Translations under genes and position numbers: made by a program
Notes under the pieces: generated by a model
Seen by the model: only the letters and a program-made list of their open reading frames with translations
Told to the model about the DNA's origin: nothing
The model's database searches: none
IMG/VR virus record: IMGVR_UViG_3300031994_000034
Reading direction: 5' to 3' (one strand)
Origin: a virus
DNA length: 64,000 bases
Shown here: piece by piece, positions 53,569-62,508 of the stretch
Layout of the letters: the number at the start of each line of letters is the position of its first letter
How positions within the stretch are numbered: position 1 is the stretch's first letter

Positions 53569-54033
53569 ATGGCAAACAAGTTATCTTTCCGGCGGGGCGC
53601 GAAGGTGCGCTACGTCAAGACTCACTACGACTATTGGTGTAACCCTATTGGCACTACCGAAGAGGTCGTGACGATTGTGGATAGCCCGCGTGACCCCGAG
53701 ACGGGGCACTATTGCCGCCACTACGACTGGCACGCTTATGTGAAGGTGCGCAATGCGAAGGGCGAAGTGTATGAGGCAGGGTGCGACAATTTGGAAGTGT
53801 ACAACACTATCTGGGACCTGACGCACGATGAACTCATGCAGCTGCGTGGGCAGGTGGTGCTCGGCTCATGCTATCTGAGCGACTACAACAATAAATTTGG
53901 TATCGACCCCAACCAAGTCTATACCTTCTGCGAGGGTTACGGCGAGGAAATCGGCTGGGACGACGAACAGGACACGCCCGAAGCCTTTGCCGACTATTGC
54001 GAGGGTGTTGAGAAGTGGGAAGAAGCCGCATAA
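53569..54033 (+). CDS. Hypothetical protein (154 aa)
   Basis: gactATGGCAAAC start context. Confidence 0.65.
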   Translation: MANKLSFRRGAKVRYVKTHYDYWCNPIGTTEEVVTIVDSPRDPETGHYCRHYDWHAYVKVRNAKGEVYEAGCDNLEVYNTIWDLTHDELMQLRGQVVLGSCYLSDYNNKFGIDPNQVYTFCEGYGEEIGWDDEQDTPEAFADYCEGVEKWEEAA

Positions 54034-54107
54034 CACACGGATTCTTTTTCTGTGCTATCTGTGCTATCTGTGCGACAAAAACATCAACCTATCAAAATTC
54101 AAAAGTT

Positions 54108-54485
54108 ATGAAGCAAGTACGAGTTAGCGTGTATCGTGCCGCTGATGGGCGCGACTGCACGAATGGTGGCGTGACATCGCGCCACGACGCTATGACCCTC
54201 TTCTATGACTGCCGGAGGGAGGCAGCATTGCAGTACTGTAAGTACAACGGCATCGACCCCGACGGGTGCCTGGTGCTTGTGAAGCGCACGCTGTGGGGCG
54301 AGCAGCACAACTATGCCGCCCCGCTGGTGCATCAGAGCGGCAAGTGCGGCCCTATGTTCGGAGGAAACTTTGTCTTTACCTCGGACAGCCGCATGGCCGA
54401 GGCGATGGGCACAACGTGCTCATGTCCGGTGGAGGTGCATGACCGCTACGAGACCACCGAGGAGTACGCCACATATAGCAACTGA
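54108..54485 (+). CDS. Hypothetical protein (125 aa)
   Basis: ATG 54108 after the word array and the tcaaaattcaaaag element. Confidence 0.6.
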   Translation: MKQVRVSVYRAADGRDCTNGGVTSRHDAMTLFYDCRREAALQYCKYNGIDPDGCLVLVKRTLWGEQHNYAAPLVHQSGKCGPMFGGNFVFTSDSRMAEAMGTTCSCPVEVHDRYETTEEYATYSN

Positions 54486-54514
54486 CCACGATTTTATCAA
54501 AAACAGATACGACT

Positions 54515-54805
54515 ATGGAAACTATCATAAACAAGAAATGGAATCGCACCGACGTGTTCGAGCCAGTGACGGAGGTGCCTTTCGGCTATTTCGTCTGGAA
54601 TATAGGGCGGAAGAATTTCCCCTATGAGCGTTGCATACCGCTGGCAAAAGACGGACATAACGAATACGAGTGGCAGCGCAATATCGACCCGACCTCACTC
54701 AAGTATATTGAGGTGGCTACCGAGGAGCTGGCCCTGCGCATATTGAAAGAGGCGTCTATGCGAGGATGCGACCGAGAGAAGTTTTACAGAATGATTAACG
54801 CCTAA
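54515..54805 (+). CDS. Hypothetical protein (96 aa)
   Basis: acgactATGGAA start context. Confidence 0.6.
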   Translation: METIINKKWNRTDVFEPVTEVPFGYFVWNIGRKNFPYERCIPLAKDGHNEYEWQRNIDPTSLKYIEVATEELALRILKEASMRGCDREKFYRMINA

Positions 54806-54819
54806 ACGACAATACGACT

Positions 54820-55770
54820 ATGGCAAACCCAAGAGTGTATGTTGGTACTTATGGCAAGTACAACCGTGGCTCGCTGGCCGGTGGTTGGCTGAGTCTGAAA
54901 GAATGCAAGGACTATCAGGACTTCCTGCGGAAATGTGGCAGACTGCATCGCGGGGAGCACGACCCTGAGTTTATGATACAGGACTGCGAGGACTTCCCAG
55001 ACGGGCTGAATTGCGGCGAGTGGCTATCGGAGCAGGATTTCAAGGATGTTATCGCCGCCTGCGAGGAGGAAGAGCGGCAGGAGTCTGTAGCCGACCGGTT
55101 GCGGGTCGCCCTGCGTGAACGTCTGAAGGCCGACGGCAAGGCTGTCCCTGCTGATGACGAGCAGACGCTGCTGGAGGAATACATGAAGGAGTACGAGAAG
55201 GTGTGGCCCGACGACAAGTCGATGCTGGACTATTGCCGCAAGGAGTTCTCGGGTGCCGTGCGCCTGCAGAACGGCGGCATCCTCTATTTCGAGAAGCCGA
55301 GCATCAAGACGGAGTTTTGCTTCGGCTATTCCACCTGCGGACAGGGCGCAGAGTATGACGAGGCGAACAATGCGGCGCGGTCGGCGAGGACGGAGGGCTA
55401 CTTCCTGCACGCCAACCTGGACGAGATGGACGAGCGCATCCGTGCGCTGGAACTGAACTGTTGCTATCCCGAAGGGGAGTGGAATGGCACCTACGACAAC
55501 CTAACGTGGTACATTCAGCGGAAGAGCTATTGCAGCCAAAAGGAGGAACTGAACTTGTTCGAGTTCCGCGCCTGGCGCGAATACGACGTGGAGAACGAGC
55601 CGTGGCGATACACGCCGGGCAGTTACGAGAAGATGTCGGACGCCGACCGCATGACTATCCTCGGCGGCATGAAGCGTGAGCGAGAGAAGTTCGAGAAGCG
55701 GCTGCGTGCCTATCTGAAACGCTACGGCACCACGAAGCTACGCACATGGACCTACTGGCTGGACGAATAG
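54820..55770 (+). CDS. ArdA-like antirestriction protein candidate (316 aa)
   Basis: N-terminus VYVGTYGKYNRGSLAGGWLSL...EFMIQDCEDFP, compared from memory with Tn916 ArdA VYIANLGKYNEGELVGAW. Confidence 0.5.
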   Translation: MANPRVYVGTYGKYNRGSLAGGWLSLKECKDYQDFLRKCGRLHRGEHDPEFMIQDCEDFPDGLNCGEWLSEQDFKDVIAACEEEERQESVADRLRVALRERLKADGKAVPADDEQTLLEEYMKEYEKVWPDDKSMLDYCRKEFSGAVRLQNGGILYFEKPSIKTEFCFGYSTCGQGAEYDEANNAARSARTEGYFLHANLDEMDERIRALELNCCYPEGEWNGTYDNLTWYIQRKSYCSQKEELNLFEFRAWREYDVENEPWRYTPGSYEKMSDADRMTILGGMKREREKFEKRLRAYLKRYGTTKLRTWTYWLDE

Positions 55771-55883
55771 GGTAGTGGATGCTGTGCTATCGGCATGACG
55801 GGCTTTTTCAATTCACAATTCATAATTCACAATTCATAATACACAATTCATAATTCATAATTCATAATTAAAACTCAATCACT

Positions 55884-56933
55884 ATGGCAAGAACAACCGA
55901 TTATCTCACCTTCATGGTGGATGTGACCCCATACGAGCATGAGGGGAACAACTATAATGCACTGAACATCATCGTGGCCTATCGCAAGGGGCAGGGTTTC
56001 GTTATCTGCTGGCAACCCGTGCGGAAGACGGACATGGGTTATATCACTGGTCCTATGCCGAGCCGCGACCCACTCGTGGGCGGCAAGGGATTCGTGGCAA
56101 AGGAGGCATCGCGCAACAACGCGAAGATACTGGAGATGATGAAGGCGGCCCTATTGCTTGGAGCTGAGGGCATCAAGTTCTTCTTCGACCAGCGCAACTA
56201 CGACCGCCTGAAGGAGTTTATGTGCGACGTATGCAACTACGGCTATACGGCTGACGTCGAGAAGCAACTGCAAGAGACTATCAACAACAACTCAACCGAT
56301 AACAACTCAAAATCATCTACAACTATGGCAAAGAAGAACATGGCCCAGAATGAGAGTGCTAACGTGCAGAACGCACAAGTGAACAACCAGGCAGACGAGC
56401 AGCCCAAACAGGTGACGCAGAAGAAGAAAGCTATTGCCGAGCAGCAGCCTGCCAAATTCTCTGTTGTCCCCTATACCAACAAGCAGGGCGAGACGGGTTA
56501 CTTTCTCTTCGGCTTTGCCTCACAGGAGGAAGCAAAGGGCCTGGCCGACCGCATGGCCAAGAGCGTCCGCGAAGGCTTCCGCTATGAGGACCATACCCGC
56601 TATGACGTGGTAGGCTTCCCGCCCCGCTATGCTCAGATGGCACAGCAGATGTGCGATGCACTGAATGCTGGCGATGCAGCTGCCGTGGCGAAGATTGCAG
56701 CCAGCACCTTCGATGTCTATGCCGCTGCCGTGGCCGACGGCAAGGCTGAGAGCGACCGCAAGCGTGCCGAGCGCAAGGAGGCCGAGGCAAAGGCAAAGGC
56801 TAAGGAGGTAGCCAAGGTGAAGAAGTCCGCAGGTCTCTATTCCAAGGAGGACGTAGCCGCTATGATGCAGACACTATTGAATGGTGGCGACGTTCCGGAG
56901 GACATCAAGGCGTTGCTGGCCAAGGTGGCGTGA
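55884..56933 (+). CDS. Hypothetical protein (349 aa)
   Basis: cactATGGCAAGA start after the TTCATAA heptamer array. Confidence 0.65.
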   Translation: MARTTDYLTFMVDVTPYEHEGNNYNALNIIVAYRKGQGFVICWQPVRKTDMGYITGPMPSRDPLVGGKGFVAKEASRNNAKILEMMKAALLLGAEGIKFFFDQRNYDRLKEFMCDVCNYGYTADVEKQLQETINNNSTDNNSKSSTTMAKKNMAQNESANVQNAQVNNQADEQPKQVTQKKKAIAEQQPAKFSVVPYTNKQGETGYFLFGFASQEEAKGLADRMAKSVREGFRYEDHTRYDVVGFPPRYAQMAQQMCDALNAGDAAAVAKIAASTFDVYAAAVADGKAESDRKRAERKEAEAKAKAKEVAKVKKSAGLYSKEDVAAMMQTLLNGGDVPEDIKALLAKVA

Positions 56934-57061
56934 GTGACTTTTTCAATGCACAGTTCATAATGCATAATTCATAATTAAATCAGTCTCGCAGAAATCGCGG
57001 ATATACGCAGAAACATTTCCTCTATTTCCGCTATTTCTGCGGGACATAAACGAAACGAACT

Positions 57062-57226
57062 ATGGCAAGCATGTATGTGACTATACGCATCGACTATGAT
57101 GCACCCATCGAGACGGACATGGAGACTATCGCAGGGATGGTGTGCGAACGGGCTAACGCTCACAATCACACCATCGAGGATGGCGTGACGATCGAGAATG
57201 TGGAACTATGTGGGATTAACGAATAA
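57062..57226 (+). CDS. Small ORF (54 aa) immediately upstream of the RT, below the track threshold
   Basis: My translation: MASMYVTIRIDYDAPIETDMETIAGMVCERANAHNHTIEDGVTIENVELCGINE*. aactATGGCAAGC start context. Confidence 0.5.
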   Translation: MASMYVTIRIDYDAPIETDMETIAGMVCERANAHNHTIEDGVTIENVELCGINE

Positions 57227-57237
57227 AGCAAGAAACT

Positions 57238-58830
57238 ATGGACAAGATATTATCAATGTTTTTCGAGGCAGGGCGGTGGGAATACGCCATTGCCAAGGGT
57301 GTGGGTAAGGACGTTCCGAAGAACGTGTTGTACCAACTATGCAAGCCAGAAGTGCGGATGCAGATGTACGAGGCTATCCGCACGGGACAGTACGAGATTG
57401 CACCGCCACATACGGCACTTATCCCGAAGGATACGCCAGGCGAGTTCCGCACGGTGTATGTGAACGAGGCAGCTGACCGTGTGCTGCTATCCATTGCCAA
57501 CGACCTGCTGTTTGAGTTGATGCCAGACAGGGTGCATCCGCGTTGCAAGTCGTACTTGAAAGGTGTTGGTTGTGGGAGGATAGTGCAGGAAGTCAGTACG
57601 GCCATCCTTGCGGCAAAACCGCAAGGTACAGAGAAATTGGGCTGGAAGAGCGACCTGAGTAAGTATTTCGACTCGGTACCTATCCGATTCATAGATGCTG
57701 CCTTCGACATGGTAGAGGAACGGCACGGACATTCGGCCCTGATCGATGTACTGCGAAAGTATTACCATGCCGACCTCTATTTCACTCCCGATGGGGTGCT
57801 GGAAAGCAAGTACCAAAGTCTGAAGCAGGGTTGCTCGGTGGCATCGTGGCTGGCCGACGTCTTACTCTATCACATCGACGAGCGACTGACTAAGTTGAAC
57901 GGCTATTACGTCCGCTATTCGGACGATATGCTCTTTATCGGGCCGGATGCAGAGCAGGCTATGCAGGTCCTCACGGAGGAACTGGCAGCTATGGAAATGC
58001 GGCTCAACCCTAAGAAGGTGGAGTGGCTGGACGAGCGGCACTGGTTTAAGTTCCTGGGCTTCTCTATCCGTGGCAAGGACATCAGTCTGAGCAGTACGAG
58101 AATCAAGACGTTTCAGAGGGAGATTGAGAACAGGACAGTGAAAAGTGGAAAATCTAAGTTCACAATCACTTCGGCTCTCAACTCCGTGAACCGCTATCTG
58201 TATCGTGGCGACGGACAGGGGCATTCGTGGGCAACGCAAGTGCTGCCTATCGTGAACGTAAGACAGGACATCGCCACGCTGAACCTGTTCGTGATGGACT
58301 GTCTGCGGGCTGCCTGTACGGGCAAGACGAAAGTGGGCGGTCTGGGCTATGACAAGCAGGGTAGGGACGGCTGCATCGTCCGTGGCAGGGGCAGGAATGT
58401 GAGTGCCAACCGCAGGAAGACGGGCGACGACATCGGCGGCTATCTGTCGCTGAGCTGTATGCAGAACGCGATGCGGACGAGCAAGGCGGCGTATGACTCG
58501 CTGGTGCGCTCACTCAACTTCTCGCAGAAAACGCAGAAAGCGCAGAAATCTGATGCTACGAGCATCGAGGAACTGGAGGCGGCGTATGCGGTGTATAAGC
58601 ACTCCATTCCGAGCGAAAGGACGATGGGGCGTGTGCCTCGCTTCTATGCGCTGCCCGAAAGCGAGTTGAGCAATGACGATATGCTCTATGGCGTTCCCCG
58701 TGAACAGGCGGAGCGCGAATTGGAGAAGGTGCTGGCAGGGTTCACGATGCCTGAAGGGGCAGGGTGGTTCTGGCAGAGCGAGAACGACAAGGACTTGGTG
58801 GTGCTGCGCTCATGGTGCAGTGCCGCATAG
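57238..58830 (+). CDS. Reverse transcriptase (530 aa), stand-alone, with ~200-aa C-terminal extension
   Basis: IPKDTPGEFRTVYV, ADRVLLSIAN, GWKSDLSKYFDSVP, SLKQGCSVASWLADVLL, YYVRYSDDMLFIG, RLNPKKVEW, WFKFLGFSI. Confidence 0.9.
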   Translation: MDKILSMFFEAGRWEYAIAKGVGKDVPKNVLYQLCKPEVRMQMYEAIRTGQYEIAPPHTALIPKDTPGEFRTVYVNEAADRVLLSIANDLLFELMPDRVHPRCKSYLKGVGCGRIVQEVSTAILAAKPQGTEKLGWKSDLSKYFDSVPIRFIDAAFDMVEERHGHSALIDVLRKYYHADLYFTPDGVLESKYQSLKQGCSVASWLADVLLYHIDERLTKLNGYYVRYSDDMLFIGPDAEQAMQVLTEELAAMEMRLNPKKVEWLDERHWFKFLGFSIRGKDISLSSTRIKTFQREIENRTVKSGKSKFTITSALNSVNRYLYRGDGQGHSWATQVLPIVNVRQDIATLNLFVMDCLRAACTGKTKVGGLGYDKQGRDGCIVRGRGRNVSANRRKTGDDIGGYLSLSCMQNAMRTSKAAYDSLVRSLNFSQKTQKAQKSDATSIEELEAAYAVYKHSIPSERTMGRVPRFYALPESELSNDDMLYGVPREQAERELEKVLAGFTMPEGAGWFWQSENDKDLVVLRSWCSAA

Positions 58831-59227
58831 ACTATTCGCCACCGCACAGTGGCTATCCCTGCGTAGGGCGGCGCATCTTTAAGGTGCCGGCGTTTCAAAC
58901 ACGGGTTTCACTGGAGCCCATCTGGCAGATTTCCCAGATTGGCTCGGTTCAGCCCGTGCCACGCCGGCACTTATCATCGACGGAATAAAGACGATGTGCC
59001 AGGCCGCAAGGCGCAGGGAAGAGGGTAGCGCATACTGCCTATACAGACTATCAGAACGGCACAATTCAGCAATTCGAGCTATTAAGTCTTCTTTCACGTC
59101 GAACCCTTCGGGTCCGCAGGTACGGCGCTTCGCCGCTTCCGCTGGCTTCGCAGCCAGTACCTGCGGAACCGGGCGGGTCGCGTTCAGAAGACCAAAGCTC
59201 GAATCTTCATCGACACCATAAAGCGCT
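58831..59227 (+). ncRNA. Candidate structured RNA NC1 downstream of the RT
   Basis: No ORF. An 87-nt three-tier hairpin at 58884-58970. The 10-bp stem CCGCAGGTAC/GTACCTGCGG encloses two hairpins. Shares sequence blocks with 60381-61086. Confidence 0.45.
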
Positions 59228-59291
59228 ATGCCGCGCCGTGAGGATGGACTGAAAAACAAAATTATCAACCATTTCAAAACTTAAAATCATT

Positions 59292-60380
59292 ATGAAGACT
59301 ATCAACAACGACGTGAACAACAACATGAGTAACAACAACGAGACAAAGGTGATGTGTCCTGTATGCGGCACGGAGTTCGCCATCGGCGAGCACGAACACA
59401 GAGTGAAGAACGCTGTCAGCATCGGCAAGGACAGTGGGCTGGGTGAGGTCTATCTGCCTGTGAGCAAGCGAGGCGACGCGCTGAAGGCTGCGGGCGTAGA
59501 TACGACGAAGTATTTCTCCATCAACCTGCCTACGGGTGGCAGTCAACTGATGAAGATGACGGACGGGGGTGTGCCTGTGGCAGTGACGGACGACGACCCT
59601 ATCATGGCGGCTATCCGCACACAGGGCACGGTACCTAACCGCTCGCTGTTCCGCCGCTGGGTGATGAGTCAGGTGTTCCACGGCTTGCAGTGTTCGGGCG
59701 GTTTCACGCAGTGGCTGAAGTGGCACGGCTATAAGTATCAGTGGGAGATGCTGGTGGAGGAACTGCGTGTGCAGGCCAAGCTCTACGGCAAGGACATGGA
59801 GAACTATGACGCCCGCAACCGTTGGTTTAACCGTGAACTGGCTGTGACGATGGCGAAGGACTATGTGGAGCAGCTGCGCAAGGATGCACACAAACGTCCG
59901 ACGCACAAGTGCAAGGGTGTGCCCTACATCCGCTTCTCGAACGAGAACTATTTCGTGAGCGACATCGAGAAGAAATTGATTACTCCCGTACATACACGTA
60001 TCGTCGCCATCGAGAGGGCAAAGAATCCTCAGCAACTCTACGATGCCGTGCGTAACTTCTGGTGGAAAATGCCAAGCGGCAGTCAGTATTACGACCAGTG
60101 CGCCGCATGGAAGGATGCCTATAAGGGCATGGGTGCCTATGCCACGATGCAGAACCTGCTGCGCTTCCACGGCTGCGGTTTTCCCAACGGCAACCAGTTC
60201 TATCATGCCCGTCTGTCCAACCTGCAAATGCTGGAGAATGCTGCTAAGGCATACGCCAATGGTGAGGGCTGGCGTCTGTTCGGTCTGATGAAGCAGATGC
60301 TGGAGATGAACGGCATCGACATCAAGGCAAAGATGCAGGAGTGGGCGCAGGCAAAGAAGGCTAAGAACCTGCGCCGATAA
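59292..60380 (+). CDS. Hypothetical protein with N-terminal zinc-ribbon-like CPVCG (362 aa)
   Basis: Complete ORF. The long antisense track ORF 59274..60431 is a shadow. Confidence 0.7.
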   Translation: MKTINNDVNNNMSNNNETKVMCPVCGTEFAIGEHEHRVKNAVSIGKDSGLGEVYLPVSKRGDALKAAGVDTTKYFSINLPTGGSQLMKMTDGGVPVAVTDDDPIMAAIRTQGTVPNRSLFRRWVMSQVFHGLQCSGGFTQWLKWHGYKYQWEMLVEELRVQAKLYGKDMENYDARNRWFNRELAVTMAKDYVEQLRKDAHKRPTHKCKGVPYIRFSNENYFVSDIEKKLITPVHTRIVAIERAKNPQQLYDAVRNFWWKMPSGSQYYDQCAAWKDAYKGMGAYATMQNLLRFHGCGFPNGNQFYHARLSNLQMLENAAKAYANGEGWRLFGLMKQMLEMNGIDIKAKMQEWAQAKKAKNLRR

Positions 60381-61086
60381 GCCATACACGAAAAGGCCGT
60401 GCGACCTATCCGCTGTGAGACGTGCAGACATTTTAGTCGATCAGGATTTCAACCTGTACGTTCATCTCGTGAGGTCCGACATCCATATTGGAATGCGGAC
60501 CTCCACGAGATGACCTTACAGGCCATCCTGATTGTCTCATCGACACGATACAGACACGCACCATGCACGGAGCACAGCGACTATACACCCCAGCACAGGG
60601 GACGGGCACTGCAAGACAGACGCAATTTAGTGAACAGTAGATAAGGGAAGGCGGCCTGCATCCGTCGTATCCCTATTGTTATACGACGGCTGGAACCGCC
60701 TTCGTATCTCACTGTTGACATCGAACGAGTAAAGACGATGTGCCGAGTCTGTGAGCAGTGACCTATCAGGGAGCGCACCCTATCATGCCGCAAGACATCC
60801 ACGCTTTTCAAAGCGCCGGTTCACAGTTTGCCTGGGTTCCACTGGGATATTCCCAGTTCCCCAGGTAAGTTGCACCGGCACTTATCGAACCTATACAGCC
60901 ATGCGCCGAGGATGGTGAGCGACAACGGGAACGGCTGCGCATACAGCCTATGAGGTTTGCAGAGCGGAACTTTCAAACGACATCAGACTTAGATAAGCTC
61001 GCCTCAGTTAGGGCGGCCAGCCTACCCGCTGGCGGCCTTAACGAGGAGAGCTCCCTCTGATGCCCATATCAACCGAATAAAGCACT
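60381..61086 (+). ncRNA. Candidate structured RNA NC2 (related to NC1)
   Basis: No credible ORF over ~700 nt. The hairpin at 60813-60881 covaries with 58884-58970. Repeated ATCGA-N5-TAAAG-N4-ATG(TG)CC motif. Confidence 0.45.
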
Positions 61087-61151
61087 ATGCCAGTCCGCGA
61101 GGCAGACGAAAAAAGAAGGTACAACTTAAAACAAAAATACGCAATAAAATT

Positions 61152-61496
61152 ATGAAAATTAAATCATCTATCGGAAAGAATGTGAACGAGGCGGTGAAAA
61201 ACTGCCGTGAGGTATTGGCAAACGAAACCGTGAACCTGCTGAAGCAGATGCGTGTAGAGCCAGGGCAGGAGGTGCTGTTCAAGAGGGCGCTGTTCCTCTA
61301 TCAGCACAAGGGAATGACCACTGAGACCATTGTCTGCGACCGCATCGCCTACTTCGGACGTGAGGGCAGCGAACCCTATTACATCGTCAGCATGGGCAAG
61401 GACGAGTACGTATCGCCAAAGAGCAATCTTTTTCTCTCGACAGACAGTCTGCAGGGTATCTACGAAGAGGTACGCCGCGTGGTGAGGGAAGAATAA
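61152..61496 (+). CDS. Hypothetical protein (114 aa)
   Basis: Complete ORF. Confidence 0.6.
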   Translation: MKIKSSIGKNVNEAVKNCREVLANETVNLLKQMRVEPGQEVLFKRALFLYQHKGMTTETIVCDRIAYFGREGSEPYYIVSMGKDEYVSPKSNLFLSTDSLQGIYEEVRRVVREE

Positions 61497-61553
61497 TCTG
61501 TGGTATCTGTGCTATCTGTGTGAGAATGTCGCACGGAAATCACAGAAATCACG
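61496..61553 (+). repeat. Nonamer-word array (ATCTGTGNT x3 then CACGGAAAT/CACAGAAAT)
   Basis: Read directly from the sequence. Confidence 0.7.
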
Positions 61554-61587
61554 AAAAAAGAAGGAACAATTAAAAACAAAACGAACT

Positions 61588-62073
61588 ATGATGGAAGATT
61601 TATTCACACGGAAACAGATGGAGAACGCGGTGATGCTGGCCGCTGACCTCTATCAGGGAATGTATTACAGCCCTGCAACCGACGGCGGTGCGCTGGAAGT
61701 GGCAGGTGCTATCATTGACGAAGCCGTGAAGATGGAGGCGTGGATGACGGAGAAATATGGTAAGGACGACGACCAGTATCTCGACCACCTGGATGAGTAC
61801 GAGACTCTATTGAAAAAGAAGTATGGCCTGCAGAAGAACGAGGTGACGGTTATCTTCGGGGAGAATGCGGCACAGGCCTATATGAACGACGGCGTGGACG
61901 GGCTGTGCGAGTTTATCGACGAAGGTCAGCTGGTGCGAATGACGTTCGACACGTTGGCCGAGCGGAGGGCGTATATCAGTGGCATAGACGATGCCGACGG
62001 CTGGTTGGGCAGCGCTGTGCTGGAAGACAGTGATGCCGAGAGCGAGAGAGTGAAGGCTTTATTGGACAATTAA
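61588..62073 (+). CDS. Hypothetical protein (161 aa)
   Basis: acgaactATGATGG start context. Confidence 0.65.
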   Translation: MMEDLFTRKQMENAVMLAADLYQGMYYSPATDGGALEVAGAIIDEAVKMEAWMTEKYGKDDDQYLDHLDEYETLLKKKYGLQKNEVTVIFGENAAQAYMNDGVDGLCEFIDEGQLVRMTFDTLAERRAYISGIDDADGWLGSAVLEDSDAESERVKALLDN

Positions 62074-62087
62074 AACAAGAAACGACT

Positions 62088-62447
62088 ATGACTGTATTGG
62101 AACAAAGATTCATGGAGCGGGTGCCAAACCTGCTGGGCGACATCGCAGAGTCGCCGGAAACTATCGCCAAGGCCAAGCAGCCGAAACAGAAAGTATGGGT
62201 GTTAACCTATGTCGGGCTGAGTGACAGCGACTATGAAGCCAACGGCTATAGTGAGTGCCATGTGTGCGGCACGTTGGAAGCAGCCAAGGAGAAAATGCGT
62301 CAGCTGCGCGACGCGGAGATTGAGAACTGCAAGGTCGAAGGGCGCGACTATGAGATTCTGGAAGACGAGACAACGGAACTGCGCATGTCGTGGTGCTGCC
62401 ACGGCGAGCAGGTGCGACTGGAAATCCACGAAGAGGAAGTGAAATAA
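62088..62447 (+). CDS. Hypothetical protein (119 aa)
   Basis: acgactATGACT start context. Confidence 0.65.
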   Translation: MTVLEQRFMERVPNLLGDIAESPETIAKAKQPKQKVWVLTYVGLSDSDYEANGYSECHVCGTLEAAKEKMRQLRDAEIENCKVEGRDYEILEDETTELRMSWCCHGEQVRLEIHEEEVK

Positions 62448-62508
62448 TCTGTGCTATCTGTGCTATCTGTGTGAGAAAATAACCACGGATGGCACGGATG
62501 TCACGGAA
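62447..62508 (+). repeat. Inverted nonamer-word hairpin (24 paired positions, 5 of them G-U)
   Basis: atctgtgctatctgtgctatctgtg / tgagaaaataac / cacggatggcacggatgtcacgga. Confidence 0.75.

Noticed and set aside
57238-58830. Diversity-generating retroelement (DGR)
   Set aside because: No Avd-like accessory gene. I found no template/variable repeat pair differing at adenines anywhere in the window. The RT motif-4 region reads LKQGCSVASWL rather than the DGR-typical ..SQ.. signature as I recall it. The two downstream segments differ at all base types.
56934-59291. Group II intron with intron-encoded RT
   Set aside because: The RT is preceded by an ordinary 54-aa ORF and word repeats instead of ~500 nt of domains I-III. 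I could find no GUGYG 5' end and no domain-V-like 34-nt hairpin after the ORF. No endonuclease domain is visible.
57062-59291. Classical retron (msr-msd upstream of RT)
   Set aside because: The non-coding RNA candidates lie downstream, not upstream. The RT (530 aa) is larger than typical retron RTs. No a1/a2 inverted-repeat pair flanking a short msd-like hairpin was seen next to the RT start.
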